A stretch of 64,000 nt of DNA from a bacterium. GTDB lineage: Bacteria > Hinthialibacterota > Hinthialibacteria > Hinthialibacterales > Hinthialibacteraceae. Shown here piece by piece: positions 28,988-40,663 of the stretch (its first letter is position 1; the number at the start of each line of letters is the position of its first letter). Below the pieces are notes generated by a model. It was not told where the DNA came from and ran no database searches. It saw nothing but the letters and a program-made list of their open reading frames with translations. The DNA is taken from assembly GCA_963662285.2 (NCBI GenBank), contig CAXXMV010000002.1, positions 768,001 through 832,000 of the forward strand, written 5' to 3'. Position numbers and translations under genes: made by a program.

Positions 28988-29809
28988 ATGACCAACCAAA
29001 TTTTCACCCTCATCGCATTGAGTCAGGTGGGAGACGCCACTCAAACTGTAGCCGGAAGAGTGTCTGCTGGAGGGGCTATATCGGGCGTATTATCCAGTTC
29101 ATTTCTGGCTCTTTTAATTTATATAATACTGATCATTCTTTCCATTGCTACATGGGGCATTATCATTAAAAAACTGTTCGATCTGTATATCGAACGCAAC
29201 AAAGCCAAAGAATTCCGACGCCGTTTTCAAGGCCTGGAAGGTAATATTGTCGCTTTAGCTCAAGCGGGCATTCTTCCAGCCAATAGTCCAGCCCGGCTTT
29301 TCGTCTCTGCCTACGAAGAACTACGTCTTTGGGCTACGCTTGACCGCAGCCATAACTGCATTATTGCAGAAAGGCCTGTAGTTCCTGCTCTGGAACGCAC
29401 CCTTGACCGGACTATTGAACTGGAGAAAGAACGCTGGGAGCGAGGCACTACATTTCTCGCCACCGTAGCCAGCATCTCACCTCTACTGGGTCTGCTGGGA
29501 ACCGTTTGGGGCATCTATATGGCCTTCCAACAAATGGGTCAAATGGATACCGCCAGCCTCAGCACTGTCGCTCCAGGAATATCTGAAGCCTTACTTACCA
29601 CCGTTGCAGGTTTACTTGTGGCGATTCCAGCCGTTTTTGCTCATAACTGGATTTTACGCGCCGTCCGGAATATCGAAACTCAATTGGAGAGTTTCGCCTA
29701 TGAGATTATCAATCATTTCGACCGGCAGATCGTAATTGGCAAAATACCGCAGAACTCAGCGGTGCAGTCGAAACTTGCGTCGAAAAGGAAACCTAGTGGG
29801 ACTTCGTAA
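28988..29809 (+). CDS. tolQ: TolQ (MotA/TolQ/ExbB)
   Basis: LATVASISPLLGLLGTVWGI, VAPGISEALLTTVAGLLVAIPA. Confidence 0.92.
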   Translation: MTNQIFTLIALSQVGDATQTVAGRVSAGGAISGVLSSSFLALLIYIILIILSIATWGIIIKKLFDLYIERNKAKEFRRRFQGLEGNIVALAQAGILPANSPARLFVSAYEELRLWATLDRSHNCIIAERPVVPALERTLDRTIELEKERWERGTTFLATVASISPLLGLLGTVWGIYMAFQQMGQMDTASLSTVAPGISEALLTTVAGLLVAIPAVFAHNWILRAVRNIETQLESFAYEIINHFDRQIVIGKIPQNSAVQSKLASKRKPSGTS

Positions 29810-30212
29810 AGTTCGATATCGTCGAGAAGCTTTTGCAGAAGTAAACATGACGAATTTGATCGATATCGTCATGGTTTTGCTTATAGTATTCATTCTGGTT
29901 TCCAATTTTGTCCAGACCAGTTTGAATATAAAAGTACCTGAAGTTCGTTATGCTGAATCATCAGGCAAGGAAAAAATCATCGTTGAGGTCAACAAAAGCG
30001 GCGAATTTTCTCTGAATGGAGTAAGAAAAACCGAAGAAGAACTCAAGGCGGAATTGACTATCCTCAGAGAGCAGATGCCTGATGAAGGATTATTCATACG
30101 GGCCGATGAACTGGCCGCCTTTGGTGATGTATCCCAAATCATGTCTCTGGGTACGTTGGTTGGATTTAAGGATCTTAAACTCCCGATGCGAATGAAGCGG
30201 GATAATAAATAA
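29796..30212 (+). CDS. tolR: TolR/ExbD
   Basis: EVNMTNLIDIVMVLLIVFIL, IRAD; GTG start overlapping tolQ. Confidence 0.9.
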   Translation: MGLRKVRYRREAFAEVNMTNLIDIVMVLLIVFILVSNFVQTSLNIKVPEVRYAESSGKEKIIVEVNKSGEFSLNGVRKTEEELKAELTILREQMPDEGLFIRADELAAFGDVSQIMSLGTLVGFKDLKLPMRMKRDNK

Positions 30213-30227
30213 AGTGGTGATGCTGCA

Positions 30228-30992
30228 ATGAGAGATAGAACGGCTTTTATCTTCTCTGTAATATTCCATATAGGATTGATACTCTACTTCTCCATTTCTA
30301 TCCGTGCGCAATTCAAGATTTCCCCGCAATCTAACCAAAAATATATGAAATTTAATCTGGCTCAGCAAAATCAAGTGGAACCAACCGTCAAACCCGAACC
30401 GACTAAACCCAAGCCTGAGCCAACCAAGCCAAAACCTGAACCAACCAAGAAAAAAGTATCGAAGGATACTATTAAAAATCTGCAAGATAAATTAAAAACT
30501 CCAACCAAGAAACCGATAAAGAAAAAGACGCCTACTCCGCGTCCAACCCATAAACCTGAACCTACAGCAACCCCTAAACTATCAGCGGCGCCGACGGCTG
30601 TTCCGACTCCGGTAAATAAAATTCCGCTAAGTCAAGCGAATAATAATCCTTTGATTAAACCGGTAACAAGTGAGTTTTCCATCCAAGGCGACCCCAATGC
30701 GCCTTATGATTTTAATTTTTATGGCGTTGTGTTAAGCAATCAACTGAGCCGCGCCTGGAAGGAACCCACTGTAATTCGCCCCCAAAGGCAGGATTATACT
30801 ACCGTTGCATCGTTTACGATTCATAGGGATGGCAGCATTACCAATATTAAACTCGTTCAGGAATCAGGATGGCCTATTCTTGATAAATCTGTATTGGATG
30901 CCATAAACAAAGCTAATCCAGTGGAAGCGCTGCCGTTTGGGTATAAATCTGATAGCATTAATGTAGTCGTTCCATTCATCAAAAAACTTTAA
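30228..30992 (+). CDS. tolA: TolA/TonB-family energy transducer
   Basis: SVIFH TM motif, KPEPTKP repeats, TonB_C-like domain (FTIHRDGSI...SG..LDKSVLDAI); position in operon. Confidence 0.82.
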   Translation: MRDRTAFIFSVIFHIGLILYFSISIRAQFKISPQSNQKYMKFNLAQQNQVEPTVKPEPTKPKPEPTKPKPEPTKKKVSKDTIKNLQDKLKTPTKKPIKKKTPTPRPTHKPEPTATPKLSAAPTAVPTPVNKIPLSQANNNPLIKPVTSEFSIQGDPNAPYDFNFYGVVLSNQLSRAWKEPTVIRPQRQDYTTVASFTIHRDGSITNIKLVQESGWPILDKSVLDAINKANPVEALPFGYKSDSINVVVPFIKKL

Positions 30993-31118
30993 TGCAATTT
31001 TGTGGATTAACTTCGTAAAACTTATTTACTTAATCGTAAGATACCTTCATAATAGGTTATTCGTTATAATCAATTAACACAAAACATGTAGTTATATAAA
31101 TTACTGTAGATGTACATT

Positions 31119-31152
31119 CCTCTCCCAAGATTGGGAGAGGATAGGAGAGGGT
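31119..31152. repeat. CCTCTCCC-GGGAGAGG REP-like palindrome
   Basis: CCTCTCCCAAGATTGGGAGAGG; related copies near 35566, 35661, 42383, 51584, 51782, 51979, 53448, 54705. Confidence 0.75.
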
Positions 31153-31243
31153 TGATATCAACTATCTTCGCAGATGAATAACCAAGAGGAAGAAATACAT
31201 TTTTTTTATTAATTTATTGTGTATTGTAGAAAGGTGTTGAGGA

Positions 31244-32674
31244 ATGAAATCCATTGGTGTAACTATAATAATATCCGTATGTTTAGGGGCTTTGGTCGGT
31301 TTGTCCCATATCAGTTCTGCCATCGCCCAAGAGGGAGCGATTAAACCTCCTCCGGTTATTGGCGATGCTGGTTCACTTCCCAAATTGCTTATTATAAAAC
31401 CATATACTAAAGAATTATTCACCGCCCAAGACCAAATTATAAAAGAGTTCTATGATCTGTTGGTATTCGACCTATCTTTCTCCGGGGCGTTCCAGGTATT
31501 TACTGCGCATGACGTCCCTCAGGCTGATTATGTTCACCGCCAGGATATTGAGGCCGGGAATGTAATATACGAGAATTGGCGCCGCTTGTTGGTTAAGGAA
31601 GAGATGTTTGATTACGTTATAAAGTGCGAATTCGTCCCCCGCGGCGAAGGGCAATTCGAGATCGACATCCTGGTTTATGATATCGTGCAGGGCAATTGCG
31701 CCATTGGAAGCGCTTATGGCAGGGCGCCCAGCGCCGCCTATCCGCGTATATACCTTCGCCGCGTCGGCCATAAAGTTACTGCGGAAATTATCAGTACATT
31801 AAGTGAAGGTAAAATTAAGCCCATCACCGAAACGCGCATTGCTTATGTAAATCACAATTCCGTTAAAAGAACTAAAGAGATTTTCCTGATCGATTACGAT
31901 GGATGGAAAGATAGCATTAAGCAAGTGACTGAGCATAACTCGATTACCCAGTTTCCAGATTGGTCTCCTGATGGAAACGAACTCGCTTATTTATCCTATA
32001 AGATGAATGATTTCCCCGATTCGTATATCCATAACCTGCCCAAAGGGACCATTAGTGTTTTAGCTCGCTACAATGGCGCTAATATCACTCCCAGGTGGTG
32101 TCCGGATGGGCAAAACCTGGTAATTTCGCTCTCATCTACAGGTAATCCTGAGATTTATTTGATCCCAAGATCAGGCAAAAATCCCAAAAGACTGACCAAA
32201 AACAAATATCGTGATATTTCACCCGATGTGTCTCCATCGGGAGAGGAAATTGTATATATCTCTGATGGAATAGGCAGCCCCCAAGTATATATGATGAATA
32301 TCAATGGCTCTGGGACTAGAAGAATCTCATATATAAACCGGAAATGCGAGTCGCCATTCTGGTCGCCAACTGAAATTGGCGATAGCCTGCGGATTGCTTT
32401 TTCGGGCTATTACGACAATAACCAGAGTGATATTTTTACTATAAAACCGGATGGAACAGATGTTCAAATGATTACTGACGAAAAATCAAACAACTTGAAT
32501 CCGTCCTGGTCGCCTAATGGCAGATTTATTGCCTTTTCTTCAAACCGGACGGGCAAAAGCGAGATATATATCGCTTCCAGCGATCCAACCCGAACCTTGC
32601 CGGGAGGTCAACGTTTTTATCGTGTGACATACGCCTCTGGAGAAAATCTCAGTCCGGCATGGTCGCCTAATTAA
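31244..32674 (+). CDS. tolB: TolB (PD40 beta-propeller)
   Basis: Signal peptide, FDLSFSGAF, ETRIAYV, repeated P.WSPDG motifs. Confidence 0.9.
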   Translation: MKSIGVTIIISVCLGALVGLSHISSAIAQEGAIKPPPVIGDAGSLPKLLIIKPYTKELFTAQDQIIKEFYDLLVFDLSFSGAFQVFTAHDVPQADYVHRQDIEAGNVIYENWRRLLVKEEMFDYVIKCEFVPRGEGQFEIDILVYDIVQGNCAIGSAYGRAPSAAYPRIYLRRVGHKVTAEIISTLSEGKIKPITETRIAYVNHNSVKRTKEIFLIDYDGWKDSIKQVTEHNSITQFPDWSPDGNELAYLSYKMNDFPDSYIHNLPKGTISVLARYNGANITPRWCPDGQNLVISLSSTGNPEIYLIPRSGKNPKRLTKNKYRDISPDVSPSGEEIVYISDGIGSPQVYMMNINGSGTRRISYINRKCESPFWSPTEIGDSLRIAFSGYYDNNQSDIFTIKPDGTDVQMITDEKSNNLNPSWSPNGRFIAFSSNRTGKSEIYIASSDPTRTLPGGQRFYRVTYASGENLSPAWSPN

Positions 32675-32839
32675 TTTTTATCGCACAAACGCTTACAATG
32701 CTTGCAATCGTCTTCTAAATAGGTTAATCTAATAGAGTTTTGACCTTCACTACCCCTTTTAAAGGGATACTGGAGTTGATTTTACGGCAAAAACAGCATA
32801 AATTTATTGAAACCTGACAAAACCGGGAGGTTCTGCTTC

Positions 32840-33403
32840 ATGACTAAGATGACAAAATCCACTTTGAATGGTCTCATCCTTCTTCTGGTGCTCGGCTTAA
32901 CTGTTGGATGCGCCTCAACCGGAAAAGGAAAACACGGCGCTCATGTACGCGCAATGAAAACAACCATCTTGCCTACGGACGATACCGATGGTCCACCAAC
33001 TGATCGTGTAGTGCTTGGTGATCCTAGACCCATAACCTCAGGACCAGATTCTGATCAATTTGGCGTGTGTGACCGAATTCATTTCGATTACGACAAATCG
33101 GTCATCAAACCTGAATGGGAAAAATGCTTGAATAACATAGCTAAGTACATCAAGCAAAAAACTCAGTTCCTTCTTCTGATTGAAGGTCATTGCGATGAGC
33201 GTGGGACCGAAGAATACAACATCGCTCTTGGTGAACGACGCGCCCAGACTGCGGCTCAGTTCTTGATTGAACGTGGCGTCAATCCAGAAAGAATCGTTAC
33301 TAAATCTTGGGGCGAATCAAAACCTTTGGCGACTGGTCATAGCGAAGATAGCTGGAAATTAAATCGTCGCGCCGAGTTCTTTATTGTCGAACAATCACGC
33401 TAA
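32840..33403 (+). CDS. pal: Peptidoglycan-associated lipoprotein Pal
   Basis: Lipobox TVGC; IHFDYDKS, IEGHCDERGTEEYNIALGERRA, SWGESKP, NRRAEF. Confidence 0.95.
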   Translation: MTKMTKSTLNGLILLLVLGLTVGCASTGKGKHGAHVRAMKTTILPTDDTDGPPTDRVVLGDPRPITSGPDSDQFGVCDRIHFDYDKSVIKPEWEKCLNNIAKYIKQKTQFLLLIEGHCDERGTEEYNIALGERRAQTAAQFLIERGVNPERIVTKSWGESKPLATGHSEDSWKLNRRAEFFIVEQSR

Positions 33404-33517
33404 GCGATCTGATGGGGATTCTTCTTTATTGGACGAAAAAGGCTAATTGCGCCTGGAAATAAAGTTCATTAAAGATAATCTAACTAATGTGTAGTATTAA
33501 CTAAATTAGGTTCAAAC

Positions 33518-33551
33518 AAAAAGGCTGGGGATAAACTCCTCAGCCTTTTTC
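33518..33551 (+). terminator. Rho-independent terminator (likely bidirectional)
   Basis: AAAAAGGCTGGGG-ataaac-TCCTCAGCCTTTTTT. Confidence 0.75.
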
Positions 33552-33626
33552 TGGTGTATCGTTCACTCACTCACCTGAATGTCTGATGTGAAGCCGCATA
33601 TTTCCCCTTCTGAAATCATGATTCTT

Positions 33627-33657
33627 TTGACAAAACCAGATTTTCGCTTAATATAAT
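33627..33657 (+). promoter_or_regulatory. Sigma70 promoter of the TA operon
   Basis: TTGACA (33627) with TAATAT/TATAAT (33649/33652). Confidence 0.6.
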
Positions 33658-33698
33658 GAGTGGAAAAAGCCATCTTCCAGAAAATGGAGAAAAAACAA

Positions 33699-33980
33699 AT
33701 GAAAACCGCTGAAACTATAATCTCGGATATCCAGGAACTATCTCCAGATCAGAAAAACAAAGTCATTAATTATGTAAACTCCATCCAGGATGAAAAAGAT
33801 GCAGAGTTTTTGAATAGGGCTTTAGAAGAAGAGTATGTCGAACAAGAGAATTATTCTCCAGAAGACATCGCCAAACTGGATCGCGCCCAGGAAGACGCCA
33901 AAAAGGGAATCAATATGAGCGGGCCTTTCCATACTACAGAGGAAATTTTTGCTCATCTCGATAGCCTGAAACCAGAGTAA
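33699..33980 (+). CDS. Putative type II antitoxin (acidic)
   Basis: Small acidic ORF directly upstream of the toxin, ending SGPFHTTEEIFAHL (RelB/DinJ-like tail); GGAGA RBS. Confidence 0.7.
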   Translation: MKTAETIISDIQELSPDQKNKVINYVNSIQDEKDAEFLNRALEEEYVEQENYSPEDIAKLDRAQEDAKKGINMSGPFHTTEEIFAHLDSLKPE

Positions 33981-33982
33981 TA

Positions 33983-34243
33983 ATGCAAGTAGACTTACAC
34001 CGAGATTTTAATAAGGCATACGCTAAACTCTCTATCAAACAAAAGGAGAATGTTAAAAAGGTTATTTTCCTTTTTAAAAATAATCCTCACGATCCCATAC
34101 TAAGAAACCATGCTCTACACGGAAAACATAAAGGACATCGCGCTATTTCTGTTGGAGGCGATTTACGAATAGTTTTTGTTGAAGAAAATAATTATGAGAT
34201 CGTAGAAATACTTAACGTTGGAACCCATACCCAAGTGTATTAA
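33983..34243 (+). CDS. Type II toxin, RelE/YafQ family mRNA interferase
   Basis: F.KAYAKL, NPHDPILRNHALHGK, ISVGGDLRIVF, VGTHTQVY. Confidence 0.88.
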   Translation: MQVDLHRDFNKAYAKLSIKQKENVKKVIFLFKNNPHDPILRNHALHGKHKGHRAISVGGDLRIVFVEENNYEIVEILNVGTHTQVY

Positions 34244-34261
34244 TCTAAAACAGTAGTTTGA

Positions 34262-35428
34262 TTAAGAATTAACCTGCCCGTTTAGATGTTCGTAGAGTTC
34301 CTCAATATCCTTCACTAGCCGCCGGATGGAGTATTTTTCTATGGTCGCCTTCTGGGCGACTTTTCCCATACTGCGGGTTTTCTCTGGGTCTGCAATGGCT
34401 TTGATTAAACCATCGGCGATGGAGTTGATATCGCCCGGTTCTACGATGTAGCCCGTTTTTCCATCATCAATCAGTTCAGGTACGCCGCCCACGCGGGTGG
34501 AGACGACCGAAACTCCAGATGACAGCGACTCAATAATAGCGACCGGCAATCCCTCATTGGCGGAAGTAAGCGCCACCAGATCAACTGCTTTGTAAATCCT
34601 ATCGAGATCATGATGAAACCCGGCGAAGATGCAGCGGTGAGTAATTTTTAACTCTTCCGCTAAGGCATCCAGATTTGCTCTGCATTCGCCGTCGCCTACG
34701 ATCAGGAAATATGCGTCGGGGTGGGATTGAAGAACTTTGGGGATGGCGTTGAACAGGTCCTGGTGGCGTTTAATCGGAACCATACGGGCAATCATGCCAA
34801 TGACGAACGCATCCTGAGGGATGTTGTATTTTTCACGCAGTTCCTGGCGCGCCCCTGGAATTGGTTCGGCGAAGCGGTCCAGTTCTAGGCCGAGGGGGAT
34901 GGTCTGAACCTTTTCGGGCGTACCGATGCCCAAGTTGAGTATGTCTGTGCGGCATTGGTCGCTGACCGTGATAATGCTCTTACTGAAATAGGCCAGGATG
35001 CGTTCAATGGTGCAGTAGATGATAGTTTCTATTGAACCAAAATAACCATGCAGAACATGGCCGTGGAAAGTATGGATGATAATCGGAACTCCAGCCAGAA
35101 CTGCGGCGATGCGTCCCACAGTTCCCGCTTTGGCGGTGTGGGTATGCACGATGTCTGGTCGTTCGCGACGGAATAGCCGGTAGAGGCGCCAAAGGGTGCT
35201 CAAGTCGCCGATAGGATTCAGATTGCGTCCCAGCCTGGGGATGATGTAAGGAGAGACATTCTTCTCTTCCGCCAGGTGAAGCATGTTGCCTTCATCAGGA
35301 GCTTCCTGACCGGAAATAAGAAGAGTCTCATAGCGTTCCGGATTGAGCATGGATGAGAGCAGAATTACATGTATGGCTGGTCCACCGATATTAAGACGGG
35401 CGATGACGCGGATGATTTTCTTTTTCAT
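34262..35428 (-). CDS. Family 4 glycosyltransferase
   Basis: IARLNIGGPA, PDIVHTHTAKAG, HTFHGHV, EGLPVAIIES, VGGVPE. Confidence 0.92.
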   Translation of the reverse strand: MKKKIIRVIARLNIGGPAIHVILLSSMLNPERYETLLISGQEAPDEGNMLHLAEEKNVSPYIIPRLGRNLNPIGDLSTLWRLYRLFRRERPDIVHTHTAKAGTVGRIAAVLAGVPIIIHTFHGHVLHGYFGSIETIIYCTIERILAYFSKSIITVSDQCRTDILNLGIGTPEKVQTIPLGLELDRFAEPIPGARQELREKYNIPQDAFVIGMIARMVPIKRHQDLFNAIPKVLQSHPDAYFLIVGDGECRANLDALAEELKITHRCIFAGFHHDLDRIYKAVDLVALTSANEGLPVAIIESLSSGVSVVSTRVGGVPELIDDGKTGYIVEPGDINSIADGLIKAIADPEKTRSMGKVAQKATIEKYSIRRLVKDIEELYEHLNGQVNS

Positions 35429-35797
35429 ATTTCCTGGATGATGAAACGGTTATTAAAAATTCGATACTATGTGAACCACTGAATGAGATTATTAGTTATC
35501 ATTCTATAAAGAATGCTGATATAAATCTTTAGTTGTCTCATATTTTGGGGTAAGCGGTATTGTATTCACACCTAGCCTCTCTCAATCTTGGGAGAGGAAT
35601 CTATGTCTATATTTTTGTATAACTAAGTCAAAACAATATATCCGTTTATATCTCCAAAATCCCTCTCCCACAAGTTGGGGGAGAATTCAAGAGGGCCTTA
35701 TCTTAAAGGTTAAAGGTAAATGGGTTGTCTGTAACTTTAGAATTAACAATTGGCGTTTAAATTATAATCGCACTGTTGTTTTTAGGATAAACAACAA

Positions 35798-35829
35798 TCG
35801 GCCCGGTCGTTAAACGAGCCGGGCCGATA
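35798..35829 (-). terminator. Hairpin after secG
   Basis: ATCGGCCCGG...CCGGGCCGAT stem followed by TGTTGTTT on the minus strand. Confidence 0.55.
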
Positions 35830-35872
35830 AAATGTTACTATATCGGTCTTAAAAAGACGGATTTGTTTGTCG

Positions 35873-36292
35873 TTACTTAGCTTCCGGCGCGGCGTTGCCC
35901 TCAGCGGGAATTGGCGCTTGAGCGTCAGCGTCAGTGGCCTGACTTTGATCGATCAGGTCTGATACCGATTGAGGTTGATTCATCGCGGCATTATCCAGGT
36001 CTGATACCGATTGTGGTTGATTTAACACAGCGTTATCAATGATTCCGCCGGTTTGAACAGTTGGTGGAAAGATGCCCAGCGATAATGTGGTCAGGACGAA
36101 GACGATGCAAAGACCGATGGTGATCTTGATCATCAGGTTCATGCCGCCTGAAGAGCTAAAAATATTTTCGCCAGCGCCCATTGAACCGAATGCGCCTGAA
36201 AGTCCCATCCCTTTATTTGATTGAACCAGGACGAAAAAGATTAGTCCCACACAAACAACAATATGAATCAAAGCGAGTAGATAATAGAACAT
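35873..36292 (-). CDS. secG: Preprotein translocase subunit SecG with extended C-terminal tail
   Basis: LIFFVLVQSNKGMGLSGAFG...KIT; tail has a 14-aa duplication DNA..NQPQSVSDL. Confidence 0.9.
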   Translation of the reverse strand: MFYYLLALIHIVVCVGLIFFVLVQSNKGMGLSGAFGSMGAGENIFSSSGGMNLMIKITIGLCIVFVLTTLSLGIFPPTVQTGGIIDNAVLNQPQSVSDLDNAAMNQPQSVSDLIDQSQATDADAQAPIPAEGNAAPEAK

Positions 36293-36304
36293 AACTGGTT
36301 CCTC

Positions 36305-37498
36305 TTATTTGTCTGAAAGAGCTGCTAGCCCCGGTAGAGTCTTACCTTCGAGCAATTCGAGCGAAGCTCCTCCGCCTGTACTTATGTGAGATATTTTATC
36401 GCTAATCCCGGCTTTGTGAACCGCTGAGACCGAATCTCCCCCACCAACGATGGATACGGCGCTGGAATCTGCTACCGTATGGGCGATTTTCATGGTCCCT
36501 TCGGCGAATGCAGGAATCTCAAATACGCCCATGGGGCCGTTCCAGACGATGGTTTTGGCCTGGTTAATTTTGGCCTGATAAAGTTTGACAGTTTCCGGTC
36601 CGATATCAATGCCTTTGAGTCCAGCCGGGATATCGACTCCAGCGATGATTTGCGCTTCTTCGCCATCTTTAACTTCTGCGACCGCTTTGTGGTCGATAGG
36701 CAGCAGGAAATCAACGCCTTTTGCTTCGACTGCTTTTATTACGTCACGGGCCACGTCAAGTTTAGATTCTTCGACGATGGAATCGCCGACTTCGACGCCT
36801 TTAACTTTAAGCAGAGTATAAGCCATGGCGCCGCCGATGAGGATGGCGTCTACTTTATCCATCAAACTCTGGATAACGTCGATTTTGCCTGATATTTTCA
36901 GTCCTCCCAGAATGGCGATGAATGGCTTCTCTGGCGCTTGAATAGCCTGCACCAGATACTCAATCTCTTTTTTCATCAAGTAACCGGCCACGTTAGTATC
37001 GAAGAATTTTGTGACTCCTTCGGTTGAAGCATGAGCGCGGTGCGCGGTTCCAAAAGCGTCGTTAACGTATAGATCGCCTAACTCAGCCAATTGTTTGCAG
37101 AATTCAGGATCGTTTTTCTCTTCTTCAGGATGGAAGCGAAGGTTCTCTAATAGTACAACATCGCCGTCCTGCATTTTATCAACATCCGCTTTAACCTGGT
37201 CGCCAACGCAATCCTGCAGAGCCGGAACCGGCTTTCCGAGTAGTTCGGATAATTTAGCGGCAGCTGGAGCAAGGCGGAATTCTTCTTTGACCTGCCCTTT
37301 AGGACGTCCAAGGTGAGACATGAGGATTACGCGTCCGCCGCGATCTATCAAAGATTTGATAGTAGGAAGTGCGGCTCGGATGCGCGTATCGTCAGTTACG
37401 TTTAGATTTTCGTCCAGTGGAACGTTGAAATCAACGCGGACCAGCACGCGTTTGCCTTTAGGATCGATATCATCGATAGTTTTTTTATTCATGATCAT
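36305..37498 (-). CDS. pgk: Phosphoglycerate kinase
   Basis: [51 protein letters not shown]. Confidence 0.98.
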   Translation of the reverse strand: MIMNKKTIDDIDPKGKRVLVRVDFNVPLDENLNVTDDTRIRAALPTIKSLIDRGGRVILMSHLGRPKGQVKEEFRLAPAAAKLSELLGKPVPALQDCVGDQVKADVDKMQDGDVVLLENLRFHPEEEKNDPEFCKQLAELGDLYVNDAFGTAHRAHASTEGVTKFFDTNVAGYLMKKEIEYLVQAIQAPEKPFIAILGGLKISGKIDVIQSLMDKVDAILIGGAMAYTLLKVKGVEVGDSIVEESKLDVARDVIKAVEAKGVDFLLPIDHKAVAEVKDGEEAQIIAGVDIPAGLKGIDIGPETVKLYQAKINQAKTIVWNGPMGVFEIPAFAEGTMKIAHTVADSSAVSIVGGGDSVSAVHKAGISDKISHISTGGGASLELLEGKTLPGLAALSDK

Positions 37499-37627
37499 TA
37501 TCCTCTGCTACGGAGTTGTTTCGGTCATCGGGAGACATAAGGCCGCCGCGAACCGAATGTCATTGTAGGCTTTCACTGCATTCAAGGCAATCCGTTCAAA
37601 CAGATCTACGGGATTCCCTGATCCGTG

Positions 37628-37662
37628 AAAAAAAGCAGGGTGTCCGTAGACGCCCTGCTTTT
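37628..37662 (-). terminator. Terminator/attenuator between gap and pgk
   Basis: AAAAGCAGGGCGTC-tac-GGACACCCTGCTTTTTTT on the minus strand. Confidence 0.7.
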
Positions 37663-37685
37663 CCTGTTTCGATAATTTACATTGC

Positions 37686-38768
<1,083 letters not shown>

Positions 38769-38991
38769 TTATTATGCTAAATACTCTAAAACAGGCTCTT
38801 GTTATAGCAAAATCCCGACGTAAATACGTTTAGAGATAATTTTTCCTATTTCACCAAAAGAAACCTGTATCTATACCGTATCATATCTTCTTGAAATGGT
38901 TTCTCAAAGGTTTGCAGTTGGGTTGATTCTTAATGATTTTGGTCAATTAATTGGTTGACCAAAAAAAGGCTTATTATGCTTAATATAAGGA

Positions 38992-40500
38992 TTAAATGCT
39001 TAACATTCCTCGCACAAAGACCGGATTTGTGAAAGCCAATAGTTGATCGAGAGGACGTCCATAGCGGTATATTTCTACCCGGAACCATTGAATATCAGCT
39101 GTTGCATGTTCATAGAATTTCAGGTTGGTATCATGGATTGAAGAGAGGGGCATTTCACAATAAATGCCATGGTTGGTTTTTATTCGAATGAAAGCGCGTT
39201 CTAATTGAGTAATATCAATATATAAGGCGAAGACTGAATCTACTGGAACGCGCAATTCATCGCCGATAAAAGCTCCGCCATGCTCTGAATCGAGTCTCAT
39301 GGATATCGCCGGTTCGCTGGTTGAATAAAAATGCCCTTGTTTCAGGGCGGAAAGCAGTTGGGTTTCTGATGCTCCCTCGCTCATAACCAGGCTTTTAGGG
39401 CATTTTTCGAGGATATCATATTGGGCTGGTTGCACTGAACCTTTGCCGCAGACTCCGTATATCCGATGTCCCGCATTGAGCAGCGTGTCCCATAAGTCAA
39501 AAGATTTCAATATTTCAGGGAAACGTTCATTCCACGAACCAGACCATATTTCAATCAGGTCAACGCTGCTCCAATCCATATTTTCGACATGCCATGATGA
39601 ACGGGCGCCGCTTGGATGCAGCCCATGGGGATGTACAACGCATAATAATCCACCCTTTGAGTGAACTGAATGAATGAAATCGGTCATGTGATTGATCGGC
39701 TCGGGATCATCAGGCGCAAACCAATCGTGGACGCCGAGTAGCAGAGCGTGTCCAAATGACCATTGGATCTCCTGTCCCCGGATCAGGGTAATGGGAGATT
39801 TAGAAGCCAGGTTTTTTAGAGGAGGGGTATTGTGGTCAGTCAGAGCAAGAAAGTTGTAGCCGACGTTTTTATAAACATCCAGCGTCTGTTCGGGGCTTAA
39901 TGATCCTTGGCTATGTGACGTATGCTCGTGTAATTCTCCGATATACCAGGCGAGGTTTACTTCGTTAACCAGCATTTGATCTATTGTATAAAGATCAGCA
40001 GGAACTGGAATTGAATCATTCTCTTCAGTTGCCTCAACAATTAAGGTGATTCGACAGTTATTCTTAATAGGTAAAGTTGTATGAATAATAGCCGTCCAGG
40101 CGCCGGAATGAATTTCTCCTGAATTGTATCGTTTTGAAACGTTTATCAGATCAAATTCTTTCCAATCCGTGAACGAAGCATCCCAGCGGCCGCAGAAATT
40201 ATTTTGCGCATCGATAAATATTACAGAAGTTGATTTATTATCTGTAATTAGTAGAGAATCATGTAAAATATCCTGTATAGTCTCTTTTTGAACCGGTGTG
40301 ATAGCCGGGTGATCGAGGTAATGGTCTATGCACTGATTAACCCAAGTAATATCAGTGTTAAATGATTCTATTTCGAGTAAGCACTTAAAGCGTAGACGCC
40401 TTGTTCCATCTGGAATATCGATAGAAACAGGCATGGAAACAGGAACTTGGTTTGTTGGAAGGGCAATTGACTGATTGAATATTACGTTCCATAAAGGCAT
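38992..40500 (-). CDS. PHP-domain (CehA/McbA-like) metallohydrolase
   Basis: WYIGELHEHTSHS, FLALTDHN, GQE...GHAL, VVHP; C-terminal ALKQGHFY and AFTNPVFV. Confidence 0.78.
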   Translation of the reverse strand: MPLWNVIFNQSIALPTNQVPVSMPVSIDIPDGTRRLRFKCLLEIESFNTDITWVNQCIDHYLDHPAITPVQKETIQDILHDSLLITDNKSTSVIFIDAQNNFCGRWDASFTDWKEFDLINVSKRYNSGEIHSGAWTAIIHTTLPIKNNCRITLIVEATEENDSIPVPADLYTIDQMLVNEVNLAWYIGELHEHTSHSQGSLSPEQTLDVYKNVGYNFLALTDHNTPPLKNLASKSPITLIRGQEIQWSFGHALLLGVHDWFAPDDPEPINHMTDFIHSVHSKGGLLCVVHPHGLHPSGARSSWHVENMDWSSVDLIEIWSGSWNERFPEILKSFDLWDTLLNAGHRIYGVCGKGSVQPAQYDILEKCPKSLVMSEGASETQLLSALKQGHFYSTSEPAISMRLDSEHGGAFIGDELRVPVDSVFALYIDITQLERAFIRIKTNHGIYCEMPLSSIHDTNLKFYEHATADIQWFRVEIYRYGRPLDQLLAFTNPVFVRGMLSI

Positions 40501-40663
40501 AGGATACTTATCTATATATTACATCTTGTATTGTAAAAGCTGTTCTTATAGGTTGAATTATGCTTTTTTTATGCGATTATTAATAGTACAACGCCTTAGA
40601 TCGGACAGTAAAACCGTTTTGTGATATATCTTATAGTAAGAAAGCGGCTTCCGGGAAATCAAC

